Of a DNA stretch of 64,000 bases, positions 25,901-39,400 are shown one piece after another (position 1 is the stretch's first letter; each line of letters begins with the position of its first letter). Under the pieces are notes generated by a model, which was not told the DNA's origin, made no database searches, and was given only the letters and a program-made list of their open reading frames with translations. Origin of the DNA: Paraspadella gotoi (Eukaryota > Animalia > Chaetognatha); assembly GCA_051294375.1 (NCBI GenBank), contig CM119264.1:28902586-28966585 (forward strand), read 5' to 3'. The position numbers were made by a program, and so were the translations under genes.

Positions 25901-26059
25901 NNNNNNNNNNNNNNNNNNNNNNNNNNNNNNNNNNNNNNNNNNNNNNNNNNNNNNNNNNNNNNNNNNNNNNNNNNNNNNNNNNNNNNNNNNNNNNNNNNNN
26001 NNNNNNNNNNNNNNNNNNNNNNNNNNNNNNNNNNNNNNNNNNNNNNNNNNNNNNNNNNN

Positions 26060-29000
26060 CGCCCCCCCCTATTCCCCCCCTCAATTCCGCCCCTCCTCCT
26101 CCTCCTCTTATCCACGCGTCCCGTGTTAGGACCCGAGCGATAAGACGCGGGCAAACAAAACCCGGTATTGGAGTCGTTAAGCAAATAAGTTATCGCACGG
26201 AATAACGTTTTATGCTCGAACGAGTTTTTGGCGTCGGGAGAGAAGGCGGCGGGTTTTCGGGGGGATGGAGGTAGAAGGGGGTGGAGGGGGAGAGGCGGAT
26301 GGGAAGGCGTGTAGTCGGGCATTGCAATATGTTCACTTTGTTCTCTATGTTCATTTTTTTTTCACCTCACCTATAAGCATGTGGATAATCGAGTAAAACA
26401 ATCAGCTCATGACCAATTGGTAACAGGCCTCGGTGGCTTGGAAACACCTCAAGCCTGGTTCCAAGCCCAGGACCCGTTCCATGGCTGCTGGAGTGGGTTA
26501 AAGAAGCTGCAGATAGCAATCTTCAGCCACGGGTGTGAGAGTTCATCCGGTTGCGTGTAGAGATGCCAGGGAGATGCAAATGGACCAGGGTAAAATTGGA
26601 GAGGCGGTGTCTGACTCGATGTGGGACACTTGGGCTGCGTGATGCTTAGTTTTAAAAGATTTTGTGACCTCGCTGGACGTTTCTAGCGTAAGAAAGAAAT
26701 CTCACAGGTTGAACACTGGACTGATCTCGGCCGGGGTTTAAGCCTGGCTTGTAGACTACTGGTCTTCTCAGGTATCACAATTGGGCCTAAATTAATAAGA
26801 CCAGACTGTTCTTGATCTTTGAAGTGGACTTGTGTATAGGTTCAAAGACCGGGATCGGCAGGACCCGTTTCATGGCTGCTAGAGGGGGTAAATAAGTCTT
26901 CGGCCCACTTAGCGCCTTGTCATTAAATTTACAATTCTCTGTTTTTTTTTGCATCTATGAAAGTTGCAAAATTACTATCACTATTTTTATTTTTTATTTT
27001 TTAGATTTAAAATAACTATTATTTATGATGTTAGTTAAAATGTTTTATGTTAAATATTTAAATATAGTATTATTTATCTGTTTGGGATAAGCGTCGCAGC
27101 AGTCAATGAAGACAGAGGATAAATTGTTATGTTTTCCTAACAGCTTTGTTTTTTTTTAAGAGAAAAAATACATCGACAGAAATAGATTAAAAAAATAGAC
27201 GGAAGGAATAATAAATTAATCATTAATCGTTGAACGAAAACAGAAACGAAGAACAAAAAGAGAAAGAAATGAGGAAAAAGAGAAAAAGAAAAAGAGAAAA
27301 TTAATTTGACGAGAAGAAAAGAAGGGAAAAATATTGGAAGAGAAAATGAATTAAAAAGAAGAAAATGAAATAAAAATAAGAAAATGAATTAAAAAGAAGA
27401 AAATGAAATAAAAAGAGGAAAATGAAATAAAAGAAATAAGAAAATGAAATAAAAAGAAGAAAATGAAATAAAAAGAAGAAATATAAGAAAAAATGAAATG
27501 AAATAAGAAAATGAAATGAAACAAGAAAATAATTTAAAAAAAAGAAAATGAAATGAAAGAGGATAATGAAATAAAGAGGAAATATAAAAGAAATAAGAAA
27601 ATGAAAATAAAAAGAAGAAAATGAAATAAATAAAGAAAATGAAATAGCAAAAGAAGAAAATGAAATAAAAAATGAAATGAAATAAGAAAATGAAAATAAA
27701 AGAAGAAAAATTAAAAGAAACAAAGAAAAATAAATAAAATATTAGTTGTAACCAATTTCATAAGAAAATGAAATAAAAAAAAGAAATAAATAAGAAAATC
27801 AAATAAAATAAGAAAATGAAATAAAAANNNNNNNNNNNNNNNNNNNNNNNNNCACAAGGAGATCTCCTCTTATTCCACGCGTCCCGTGCTTAGGACCGAG
27901 CGCATAAGACGCGCGCCAACAAACCGGTTATTGGAGTCCGTTAGGCAAATAAGCGTTCATCGCACGGAATATAACGTTTTATTGCTCGCAACGGACGGTG
28001 TGAGTATATTTGCGACTGTCGGAGAGAAGGCGGCGGGTTTTCGGGGGATGGCAGCGTAGAGGAGGGTGGAGGGGGAGGAGGGGGATGGGAAGGTTGGGCG
28101 TGGTAGGATGGTCGAGGCTATGTGTGCAAATATGGATCGTTCACACTTTGGTTCTCTATGTTTCATTTTTTTTCACCTCGCCTATAAGCATGTGGATTAA
28201 TCGAAGTAAAACAATCAGTCTCATGACAATTGTAACGGAGGCCGGTGGTGGCTTTGGAAACCCGACTCAACGCCTGGTTCCAAGCCCAGGACGCCGTTCC
28301 ATGGCTGCTGGAGTGGGTTAAAGAAGTCTGCAGATAGCAATCTTACAGCCACGGGTGTGGAGAGTTCAGTCCGGGTTGCGGTGTAGAGGATGCCAGGAGA
28401 ATGGCGAAATGGATACCGAGGGTAAAAATTGGAAGAGAAGCGGGTGTTCTGACTCGATGTGGCGACCACTTGGCTGCGTGAATGCTGCTAAGTTTCTAAA
28501 AAAGATTTTTGTGACGTCGCTTCGAACCGTTGTCTTAGCGTCATCGAAAAGAATCTCACAGCGTCGAACAACGTAGGACTGGATCTGGCGACGGGGTTTT
28601 TAAGCCTGCGCCTTGTAGACTACTGGTCTTGCTACAGGGTATCCGAACAATTTGGGTGGGTCCTAAAATTAAAATAGACCAGATGATGCTCCAGGAAGCT
28701 TTCTCTTGGGATCTTGTTGGGGAATGTCTGACTTTGTGTGGAGAGTGGTATGTGTGGGCGCTAGTTGTATAGAGGAAGATCCTATCAGGAGAACTGGAAT
28801 CTTTGTTTGTATCGAGATAAACGAGCTAGATCCGCATGAAGGTTGTGCTCAGGCTGTTTTATATCTTTTGTGTATTTTATTTAGTTCCTAACGTTTTGTT
28901 CATGACTTCTATGATTGTGTATGCGTGAAAATTAATTCAGTCTGGATTTAAAAGCTCTTGATGAAAAGTAAATACTTTTATTATTACTTTATACACAAAA

Positions 29001-29710
29001 TCGTGGTTCAAAAGGACGCGGATGCGGCAGAGGACCCGTTTCATGGCTGCTAGAGGGGAGTAAATAAGTAATTACGGCCCACGTTAGCATCGTTGTCATT
29101 AAATTTACCATTCCCTGGTTTTTTTTTTGCATATCTAAGTGCTATGACAAGTTGGCAGAAATAACTTGTTTCAGCTAAAAATGTTTTTAATTAAATATTT
29201 AAATAGTAATTAATTCATTTATCTGTTTGGGATAAGCGCCGGGGCAGCAAAAAAGTTCAATGAAGACAGAGGAATAAATTGTTATGTTTTCCGCTAACAG
29301 CTTTGTTTTTTCATTTTTAAAGAGAAAAAAATACATCGACAGAATAGATTAAAAAAAGAAGACGGAAAGGTAAATACGAGTCAAATTAATCATTAATCGT
29401 TGAACGAATGGACAGAAAACGAAGAACAGAAAAGAGGAAAGAATTGAGGAAAAAGAGAAAGAAGAAAGGAGAAAATTACATTTGCGAGAAGAAAAGAAGG
29501 GAAAGTATTGGAAGAGAAAATGAATATTAAAAAGAAGAAAATTGAAATAAAATAAAGAAAATGAAAGTTAAAAGAGAAAATGAAATAAAAAGAAGAAAAT
29601 GAAATAAAAAGAAGAAAATAAAATGATAGAGAAAAAATGAATGAAATAGAGAAAATGAAAATGAAACAGCAAGAAAAGTAATTATTAAAAAAAGAAAAAT
29701 GAAAAAAAAT
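26060..29710 (+). repeat. Tandem ~1.7-kb duplication across a 25-N gap (26060-27827 vs 27853-29710)
   Basis: Collinear indel-rich matches: tccacgcgtcccgtg (26111/27873), ccatggctgctggagtgggttaaagaag, tctgtttgggataagcg, then the same AAAATGAAAT minisatellite. Confidence 0.88.
27300..27827. repeat. AAGAAAATGAAATAAA minisatellite (also 29450-29710 and 33240-33710)
   Basis: Repeated gaaaatgaaataaaaagaa units. The same internal variant (tattagttgtaaccaatttcataag vs tattggttgtacaatttcataag) occurs at ~27740 and ~33413. Confidence 0.85.
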
Positions 29711-32076
29711 ATTATTGAAAAATATTAATATATAATTACTAATTATATATTGTAAAAGTTAAAGCATATATGTTTGTTAATAATTTTTACACATTTTGTT
29801 CTATGTAAGTAATATATAATCGAACAATATTGAGTGAGTTTAATTATTATATATAATTTTAGTCAATAAAATGTTTTTTTGATAAAGTAATAAATTATAA
29901 TAGACTTAGCATATTTTAAAGCTGGAATATGAATTTTGAGATTAAAGTGCTCCACTAATATTTTATGGCTGTTATTATTATTTGAGATTAAGTTATTAAT
30001 TAAATATCAGCAATATTTTTCTTGAAATATAAAAATTAATATCTGTATGTATTTATTTTTTATAATAAAGTTATATATAATTTTTTAAAAAAATGTTGTG
30101 TTTTATATTAAGGGGCTTAAATAAGATGAGGTAACTGCGAAATATTTGAGAACGCATATTGTGTAACTTTTATCCTTAAGAAATAGATGCCATGCTTTGA
30201 AGAACGAACTGATATGATTATTAATTTTGTTTTTTTTAAATTAATGATTGTCTTGACTGTATAATTCTGTAGAATAATGATAGATGTATAACGACATTAA
30301 AAACTTGTAAGCATTTCAACTAAACTAATTTAATAAAAAATTTTATAAAAATTTTCAAAAACTTTAAAATGAGACATTTAAAAAAAAACCATGGCCATTT
30401 GATATCGAATTTTTCACTGACGCTACCACATTAAAGTGTCTACATATGGTCATAATCCTTTAAAGGATTTTTATAAGAGTTTCAGAGATGGCAAGCTTCT
30501 TTTGTGTTTTCCTTGTTTTGACATCCTCATTCTGCCGCTCTCGTGAGTAACTTAAGTGAAACAATTTTTTACGAATTATACGATTATTTTTTTTCTTTTT
30601 ATTAACTTTTCATGACAAAATTGCGAATCTGCTTATTTCACAGAACTAAGAAAAAACTTTGACATTAATTCTGAGTGGTGGATGGGTACTAATGGTATAA
30701 ATAATCGGCATTAAAGGTGACGAAAATTGAGAATGTTAAAAATATAAATTTCTGTTGATATGATAAATTATTAGTTAGTTATCGTGTGATTTGTTGCCTA
30801 GCACATTTATGCATAAATTGTTTTAAGGATGTCTGATCCGACATCAATTTCAACCAAGCTCATGAACAGGCTCCATGGATACAGCAGAATCAAATGCGAA
30901 CAGCAGTGTTCGACGCCTCACGTCTGAACAAACGTGCGTTGCTATGAAATGTCTCTTGGTTGAAAGAAATATTTTAAATTCAATGAGGTTTATTTCTTTG
31001 CTTGATACTTTTGTTTGATACTGATCATTATAATTTTTTGACAACATCTAGCACCAATACCAGATAGGACGCTGATCTCAATTACAACAAAAGGATTTAA
31101 CTCAAAGAACAACTCTGTTATCACTGCGTATATCGAATATGCTATTTCTTGAGTTTGGAAACTTGTTTAGGACATTACTTGCATTTTGTAAATGTTTCAA
31201 TTCAAAGGAAAATAAAGACAAGAACCGATTGAATGCCTACACCAGTGTATTGCAAAAGTTGTTGAAGATTGCACAGAGTGCATGGTTGTGTGAGTGACCT
31301 AGGTGCACTGTGATCTGGGCCTAGAGCAAGATGTAACAACTAGCGAATAAGTACTTTGGTTGGTTTAGGGGGCAAGTATGTCGATTATGCTGTTAAAATA
31401 GCCTGAAGTGAAAAATTTCGCAAATGTAAATGTGAAGTAAAAATCTAATATGAGTTTATGTAATATGTTACATACTTTGTTAATTTAGCATGTTTCAGTG
31501 TGTGTGCAGGGTTTATTTGGCAAAATGTTGGATGAGAATTAAATTATTTGACGCCGTGTACAAAATCCATCGTCGAGATCCCGATTGATTTCTTTTTTGT
31601 TTAGGCACAGCTAATGTTATTTGTAGGAGAGTACAAGTGTGTATTTTATAGATTTTTTAGTCGGGTGGCTGCTTATTAGAGCAGATTCCGACTCTATAAG
31701 CTATCTGCTTTCGTTCGATCCTGTACCACGGATTGTCAGAAGGGTTGTTCGGGCAACATCGCTTAAAAGAGTGGCAGCCGAAATTAATGCCTTTTGATCA
31801 AATTATGTCATATGAAGCCAAATACTGCCAGTTGACATGAAAATAAAGCAAGTTGACAAAGGATTAAATGGCAAGTTGGTATTAGGCGCAGCTACAGTAA
31901 TAGATTTGGAATACAATCAATTGGATCTATAGATTTTTTTTTCTATAGATTTATTCAGAGAGTCTTTTTATGATGTTTGTTGTTATGAAAAGTTATACTG
32001 TGATTTATGATATCGGGATTAGGCTTATTAAACCGCTTATATATCGTAGGCAGATCCGAACCATTGTTTTACTCAA

Positions 32077-32332
32077 AATTTGTTTGCCAAATGATTTCAA
32101 ATTCACAATAGCGGAAATCATTTCAAGTCAGTCGCAATTACAAATGATTGAGATGAATAAATCAAAGCATGAGAGAGAGAGAGAGTTTGGCTGATTTTTT
32201 ATGATCGATCAAAACAAACAGGCACCAATCTTTCTCTCTCTCATGCTTTGATTTTTCATCTCAATCATTTGTAATTTGAGCTGCTATTGAATGATTCGGC
32301 GCCATGGGAATGAAATATTGGCGAAATAAATC
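32077..32332. repeat. Fold-back inverted repeat with palindromic centre TGATCGATCA
   Basis: aattacaaatgattgagatgaataaatcaaagcatgagagagag is mirrored by ctctctctcatgctttgatttttcatctcaatcatttgtaatt. Confidence 0.88.
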
Positions 32333-34107
32333 TAAATGCTACTTGTACCTCCACAAAGTACTATTTAAATGACTAACTAACCTGATGGCATTGCGATGGT
32401 CCTTTAAGCAAGCAAAGCAAAAATTAAGTAGCTGTTAACTGTATTGTCAAAGCTCACCATAACGCTGTGAAAATATAATGTTAAACAGACTCAGCGTCCA
32501 TAATCTTGCAATCTATTCGAATATCAAGTTAATACGCGCATGCATCACTACAGAATTAAATACCGATAATTATAGAATTTTTCCAATGCTAATAGTTTGA
32601 TATAAAAGAGGTAATAGGAGTTCATGTTCATATTTATTACACAAAAAATTCTTGTAACGCCGGTGTGGCTCAAAGTTTGATGCACGGTAAAAACGGTTCC
32701 TATCGCGCCCATTTTCTATTACTTAGGTGTTTGAGGTCTTTTTTTGCGCTATGATTTTTTTTCAATAGTTTATTTATTATTTTCAAGATTTTAAATTTCA
32801 TTTATGGATAATTTGTATAAAAAATGGAATAATAATTTCCCTTCTATTACGTTTATATGCGGTGTTATTATCTTCTTTCGTACCAAGGCTTCGGTAAGTT
32901 TGAAAATGAATTCTTATGGAGGCCGCGGAACACGCAATAACGAAGGCTTAGGCTAAATTCGGCGTTCTAATGAGAATTTGAAAGCTACGTAGTAACTTCT
33001 TTGTAGAAACGCAAAACGGAAATCGCTTTAAATAGCGCGAAAGTTTGATTCCGCCGAGACAGCGTTTTTTCGCGGTCTTCTTTTTGGCCGATTAACTTTG
33101 TTTGGAACGCGTCGGGCCGAATTTACAATGAAATTTTGGAGATTCGGCCTAATTTCGCCATTCCTCTTTCCAAAGCGGAGATACCAAGATTTATAATAAG
33201 TAAATACGTCTAGTTTCGAAAACGACTGACATCACCGCAGAGAATAATGAAATAAAAAAAGGAAATAAAATAAAAGAAATAAGAAACTGAAAATAAAAGA
33301 AGAAAATAGAATAAAAATAAGAAAATGAAGAAAGAAGAAAATGAATAAAAAATGAAATGAAATAAGAAATGAATAAAGAAGGAATAAGATAAACAAAGAA
33401 AATGAATATAAATATTGGTTGTACAATTTCATAAGAAAATGAATAAAAAAAAAGAAATAAAATAAGAAAATCAAATAAAATAAGAAATGAAATAAAAAGA
33501 AGAATAAAATAAACAGAATTGAAATAAAAAGATTAAATAAAAAAGAAATGAAATAAAATAAAGAAAATGAAAATAGAATAAGAAAATGAATAAAAAGAAG
33601 AAAATAAATAAACAAGAAATGAAATCAATAAGAAATGAAATAAAAAGAAAATGAAATAAAATAAGAAAATGAATAAAAGAGAAAGAAAATGAAACGTGAA
33701 TAAAATGAAAAAGGAATCACGACGAAGATTTAAAAACAGGAGGGATTTAAAAGAAGGGAAAGAAACAAAGGAAGAACAAAGGCGGGCGAAACAAAGGAAA
33801 CGAAAGAAAACGGAGGGCGAGAATCGGGAGAGGGAGAAGAAAGGAGGAAGAGGAGGAGGAGGAGAGGAAGAAATGGATTGGAAAAGGCGGCGTCCTCTGC
33901 TCACGAGGAGCGACCCGAAAAATGCGTAACGAAGCGAAGAAATGAGAATCTAGGTTTTTTTGGGGGGAAAAATAGAAAGTTACCTTCGCGGCGAAGAACA
34001 AATAATTTTGGATCAAAATACCAAGACGGTCTCTCGACCAACTTTTGGGTGGGTGAGGCAAGACGACGACAGACAGCTAATCAACTGGTCAGCGAAGCGG
34101 ACAGACT

Positions 34108-34141
<34 letters not shown>

Positions 34142-34240
34142 GTCGTCTACTTAAATTAGTACAACCATATATTGGCAATTAAAACAAATTATCAATTCAT
34201 TCAATAAAATGAGGATCTTGCCTCTTGACTTTGGACACTG

Positions 34241-34276
<36 letters not shown>

Positions 34277-36399
34277 TTAATCTCTATCTCTCGTGCTCTC
34301 TCTCATCTTCTCTGCTCTCTCTATCTCTGCTCTCTCTCCTTTATCTCTGCTCTCTCTCACGTCTCGCCTCTTGCCGTCCTTGCCTCCTGACTTTGGGACA
34401 CTGTCTCTCTCTCCTCTCTCTCTCAAGCTCTCTCTCTCATCCTCTCTCATCTGTGTCTCTCTCTCTCTCTCTTCTCCATCAGGTCCTCTCTCATCTATCA
34501 TACTCTCTCTTTCTCTGGCTCCCTTTCTCCCTCTCTCTCCCCCAACGCATCACTTTTAATTGGAAATCTCTCCGAGATCAAAGTATCAAGTCTCTCACTA
34601 CGAAGATGGACTCACCAATTCTAGGAAATGGAAGGCGGAGGAAAAGAAGATAAAAGAGAATGGAGGAAAGAAAAAAAGAAAAGAAAGAAAAAAGAAAGTG
34701 GAAAGAAAGGAAACTTCTAAATGTTCGTAACGATGAGTATGACCTCCTTTTTATTGTGGGTTGACGGTTTCTAGTCGCTTGCTAGAAGAAAAAAAAATAT
34801 ATCTCATGGCGAATTTTGGGAATTGTGATTTAGTTTGTGTAATACTTTTCACAACTATTGACAATCATCCATCAATCACATCAATCACGCAACCCTTAAT
34901 TATCAATTCCTATCACTTATATACGATCAGCGCCGTTAAACCTGACATTACCACACAACACATCGATACCAATCACCCATAATTTCCCATCATTCAACAC
35001 CCCCAGAGCTACAACACAAGCAATCATTACAAATCACATTACAAATCATTACCAATCACACAAACCATTACTACCAATCACACAACGCGATCTTGTTCTC
35101 CTTGGAAGGAATTTTAAATTGAAATTATATTTTTTTTGTATTCTGGGTTTTGAAATATATTAAGCTTGAATATTTGAGTTAAAAATAATTTCAGGAATAA
35201 TGAAATTGAAATGTGGCCCTTTTTGAAAAGAGAACCCAAAAAGCTATTAAAATAAAAAATGGCCTAAAAATAAATAAATAATCCCTACGAAAAAAAATCC
35301 GACTTTTCAATGATTTTCAAATGCAATCATATCAATATTCCATTAGAATATTCATCCTTTTTTTTACTCAGAAAAAAAAAACAACCAAATATAGGGAAAC
35401 AAGTTTAAGCAAACAATGCCGAATCTGCCCGCGATCATTAGCGGTAATTAATTAGTTAATTAATTAATCTTTTGACCACGACAAAAGCAACGACGACAAT
35501 AACGCCAATAACGATTATTTGATTGACTTATTTGATTGATTGATTGATAATTAAATGATAAATAAATTGATTGAATAATTAATTAATAGAAAAAATAATT
35601 GATCGATTGAATAATTAATTAATTAATTGATAAATCAATTGATTAATTAATACATCTTTCATTTAATTTAATATAAAAGAAAAATAAGCATAATCATTTA
35701 ATCAATTTGTGAAACAGGTTTTTTGTTTTTTCCATTTAAACCATTTCCACGCGAACGATTCCATCGAAACTAAATTTCCAGCTTAATCACACACTTTCAT
35801 ACCCACATACAAAATTTCAAGTCAATCGCCCCATATAATCAGGAGTAATTGGCGTTTAAAGCTAAGAGGGGACGGGCGGAAGGATAAATTATCATAATTC
35901 GATGTTCTGACTTGATTGAAGTAACATACATATAACGACCCGAAGATTTGGGGGGGCGGAGATCTGTCGCGAGCGGGAAACTGCACGAAGTGAAATATGT
36001 AGAGGTCGGGATCTTCTGGCAATGCGAATCCGCGCTAAAAATTGAAGATATAAGAGCGAACAACTAAGAAAATTCTCTCTTTAGGGGCAAATGAAGGAAG
36101 AAGAAGAAGAAGAAGAAGAAGAAGAAGCAGTTAAATTTTTTATGAACAGAAAACCAAATTTTTGTAGCCGAAAGACTTAGAGAAAAACTATTAAAGCCGC
36201 GTAGGAAAAAGAAATATAAATTTGAATACAGGGTAGAAGTCCTCTATCTACTCGAATTATTCTCGGTTTTTTCCTGAATCTCTTTCTCTTCTCTCTCTCG
36301 TTTTCTCTCACCCGTCCAGTCGTCTTCTCTTCCTTCTGTCTTTCTCATCTCTTCACTCTTCTCTCTCTCTCTCCTCTCTTCTCTCTCTCTCCGTGGGTC

Positions 36400-36952
36400 T
36401 ATCCTTTCTAACTATTGATGGTCGGTGTCGTCTCTTTCCCTCTCAAATCATCTTGACTTTCACTTCTCTCANNNNNNNNNNNNNNNNNNNNNNNNNCACG
36501 CCCTCCACCCGCCTCTCTAACATGGTCTGTCGGTCAGTGTCTCTTCCCCTTTTTTGCCCATCCCTCAAATTCACTCTCTCTCCTCTCTGCTCCCGCTGCC
36601 GACCTCTCTAACGTGTCGTGAATCGGGTCTGTCTCTTTCCCCGGTTTAATTTTCTATCTTCCTTAGATTCTCTCCTCTCTCTCTGTCTCGCTCACCATCC
36701 GATTCTAACGGATAGTCGGGTCAGGCTGTCTCTTCCCTCCTATCGTCGTCAACTTCACACTCTCCTCTCTCTCCTCTCTCTGCCACCTCTCTCTTAACAT
36801 GTCAGGTCAAAGTCTGTTCTTTCCCTCCCATTCGTCCTCCCCCCCTCAACACGTTCACCTCTCTGCTCCGAACCCGGCTGCCACCTCTCTTAACGGATGG
36901 CGGTCGGTCGGTCTCTTTCGCCTCCATCGTCTCAACTTCACTCTATCTCTCT

Positions 36953-36989
<37 letters not shown>

Positions 36990-37054
36990 CCACCTTTTCT
37001 AACGATGGATTGGATCAGGTCTGTCTCTTTCCCTTTTCAACGTCTCGACTTCTG

Positions 37055-37086
<32 letters not shown>

Positions 37087-38133
37087 GTCTTCTCTGCTCT
37101 CTATCCTCTCTCTGTTCCTCTGCCACCTTCTACGATGTCCGGTCTCGGTCTGTCTCTTTCCCTCGGTGTCAACGTCTCGACTTCTTCTCTCTCTCTTCTC
37201 TCTCTCTTCTCCGTCTCTTCTCGTTCGTCGTCTCCATCCTCTCTCTCTCTCTCTCTGCACCTTCTAGAACGATGGTCGAGTTCAGTCTGTCTCTTTCCCT
37301 CGGCATTGCTGTCTCAAACTTCACTCTCTCTCTCTCCATCCCACCGGTGCTGCTAACGATGCGTTTCGGTCACGGTCTGTCTCTTTCGCTCCCTGTCTTC
37401 AAACTCTCATGACTTCTCTCTCTCTCTCTCTCTCTTCTCACTCTCTCTCTCTGCCACCTTCTCTAACGATGCGGTCGGTCGGTCTGTCTCTGTTCCCTCT
37501 CATCTTCTTGACTTCACTCTCTCCCATCTCTTTCTCTCTCATGCTCTCTACCATGGCGATCGCGGGTCTGTCTCTTTCCCTTTTTGCCATCTCAAATTCA
37601 CTCGTCTCTCTCTGTCTCTCTCTCTTTCTCTCTCTCTGCGACCTTTTCTAACGATGGTCGTCGTCTGTCTCTTCCTCCATTGTCTCAACTTCACTCTCTC
37701 TTCTCTCCACCTCTACTAAGGATGGGTCGGTTCGGGTCTGTTCTTTCCCTTCAACGTCTCGACTTTCTCTCTCTCTCTCTCTCTCTCCTCTCTCTCTTCT
37801 CTCTGCCACCTTTTAACGATGGTCGGCGGGCTGTCGGCTTCCCTCTCATATCTTGACTTCACTCTCTCTCCATTCTCTTTTCTCTCTCATCTCTTAACCA
37901 TGGGCGGTCGTCTGCTCTTTCCACTTTTCCATCTCCAATTCACTCTCTCTCATCTCTCTCTCTCTCGTCTCTCTCTCTCTCTTCTGGCCACCTTTCTAAC
38001 GATGGTTCGGTCGTCTTGTCTCTTTCCCCTCTCATCATCGTGGAACTTCACTCTCTCTCCAGCTCTTACTCTCTCATCCCGTAACCATGTCGGCGTCTGT
38101 CTCTTTCCTTTTTTTGCCATCTCAATTCACTCT

Positions 38134-38168
<35 letters not shown>

Positions 38169-38652
38169 GTCACCTTTCTAACGATGGTCGTCGTCGTTCT
38201 TTCCTCTCATCATCTTGACTTCACTCTTTCTCCATTCTCTTTCTCTCTCATCTCTCTAATCCGAGGATGGCGGTGTCGTCTCTTTCCCTCTTTTGCCATG
38301 CTCAAAATTCACTCTCTCTCTCTCTTCCGCATGCCACCTCGTCTAACGATGGTCGGTCGTCTGTCTCGCCCTTTAATCGTTCTAGACTCTCGTCTCTCTC
38401 TCTCTCACCTCTCTGAACGAATGTCGGTCATCTGTCTCTTGCCCTTCCCATTCGTCTCAACTTCACTCTCTCTCTCTCTGCCACTCTCTAACTATGGTCA
38501 GTCAGTCCTGTCTCTTTCCCTCCCAGTTGTCGTTCAACTTCACTCTCTCATCTCTCTCCCACCTCTCTAACGCCTAGGGTCAGTGTCGCGTTCTTTCTCT
38601 AGTTCGCTTTCAACGTCTCACTTCTCTCTCTCTCTCTCTCTCTTCTCTCTCG

Positions 38653-38683
<31 letters not shown>

Positions 38684-38752
38684 GCCACCTTTCTTCAACG
38701 ATGCGGAAGTCGTCAGTCTGTCTCTTTCCCTCCCATCGTCTCAACTTCACTT
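36400..38752. repeat. Pyrimidine-rich tandem satellite, ~80-95-bp unit with embedded (CT)n
   Basis: Unit ctctctctgccacctctctaacgatggtcggtcggtctgtctctttccct..catcgtctcaacttcact repeated many times over about 2.3 kb. Confidence 0.9.
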
Positions 38753-38789
38753 CGAAAGGCGAAGAAATGAAATGGAAATCCGATGGTTG

Positions 38790-39400
38790 GCGACGGTTGG
38801 CATCGAGAAGGCATCAGAATGGCATCGGAATGGCATCGAGATGGCATCTGAATGGCATCGAAATTGCTTCGAGATAACATCGGAGTGGCGTTGTATTGGT
38901 ATCGAGATGGCATCAAAATGACATCGAGATGGCATCGGAATCGTATTGACTTGGTATCAAAACGGCATCGGAATGGTATCGAGATGGCGTCAAGATGGCA
39001 TCGAAATGGCATCGAAATTGCCTAAAAATGCATCTCGATGGCACCAAGATGACATCGACATTGCATCGAAAGGCAACGAAATGTTAATGACATGTTATTG
39101 AGATGGCGCTGAGATAATGTCGAAATAACATCAATATGACATTAAAATTACATCGAGATGGTATTTAAATTGCATCGAGTTGTCATCGAAATGGCGAGAT
39201 TAATCACCGAGATTGCGGGGATGACATCTTAATGTCGCCACAAAGTTGATAACAGACGGAAGGGAGCTGAAACCGAGAAGGCAGTAATGGCACTTAGAGG
39301 CCAAAAGAAATACCCTAACAGAAATAGAGATACATAGCACCTTCTTGGTAACGATATAACACCGCGATGGCATCGAAACGGCATCTAGATGGCACCGATG
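38790..39400. repeat. 11-bp minisatellite (ATGGCATCGAG/ATGGCATCGGA) decaying rightwards
   Basis: ggcatcagaatggcatcggaatggcatcgagatggcatctgaatggcatcgaa. Confidence 0.88.

Noticed and set aside
23097-26322. Long ORFs containing X runs
   Set aside because: Open only because they cross N-gaps.
30450-33200. Coding-looking patches (30850-31047, 32880-33200)
   Set aside because: Short and frameshifted, in probably noisy sequence, with no recognisable domain.
36400-38752. Repeat/spacer-like periodicity suggesting CRISPR (also 10950-12960 and 59305-59480)
   Set aside because: Inter-repeat segments are themselves repeats rather than unique spacers; eukaryotic context; no cas genes.
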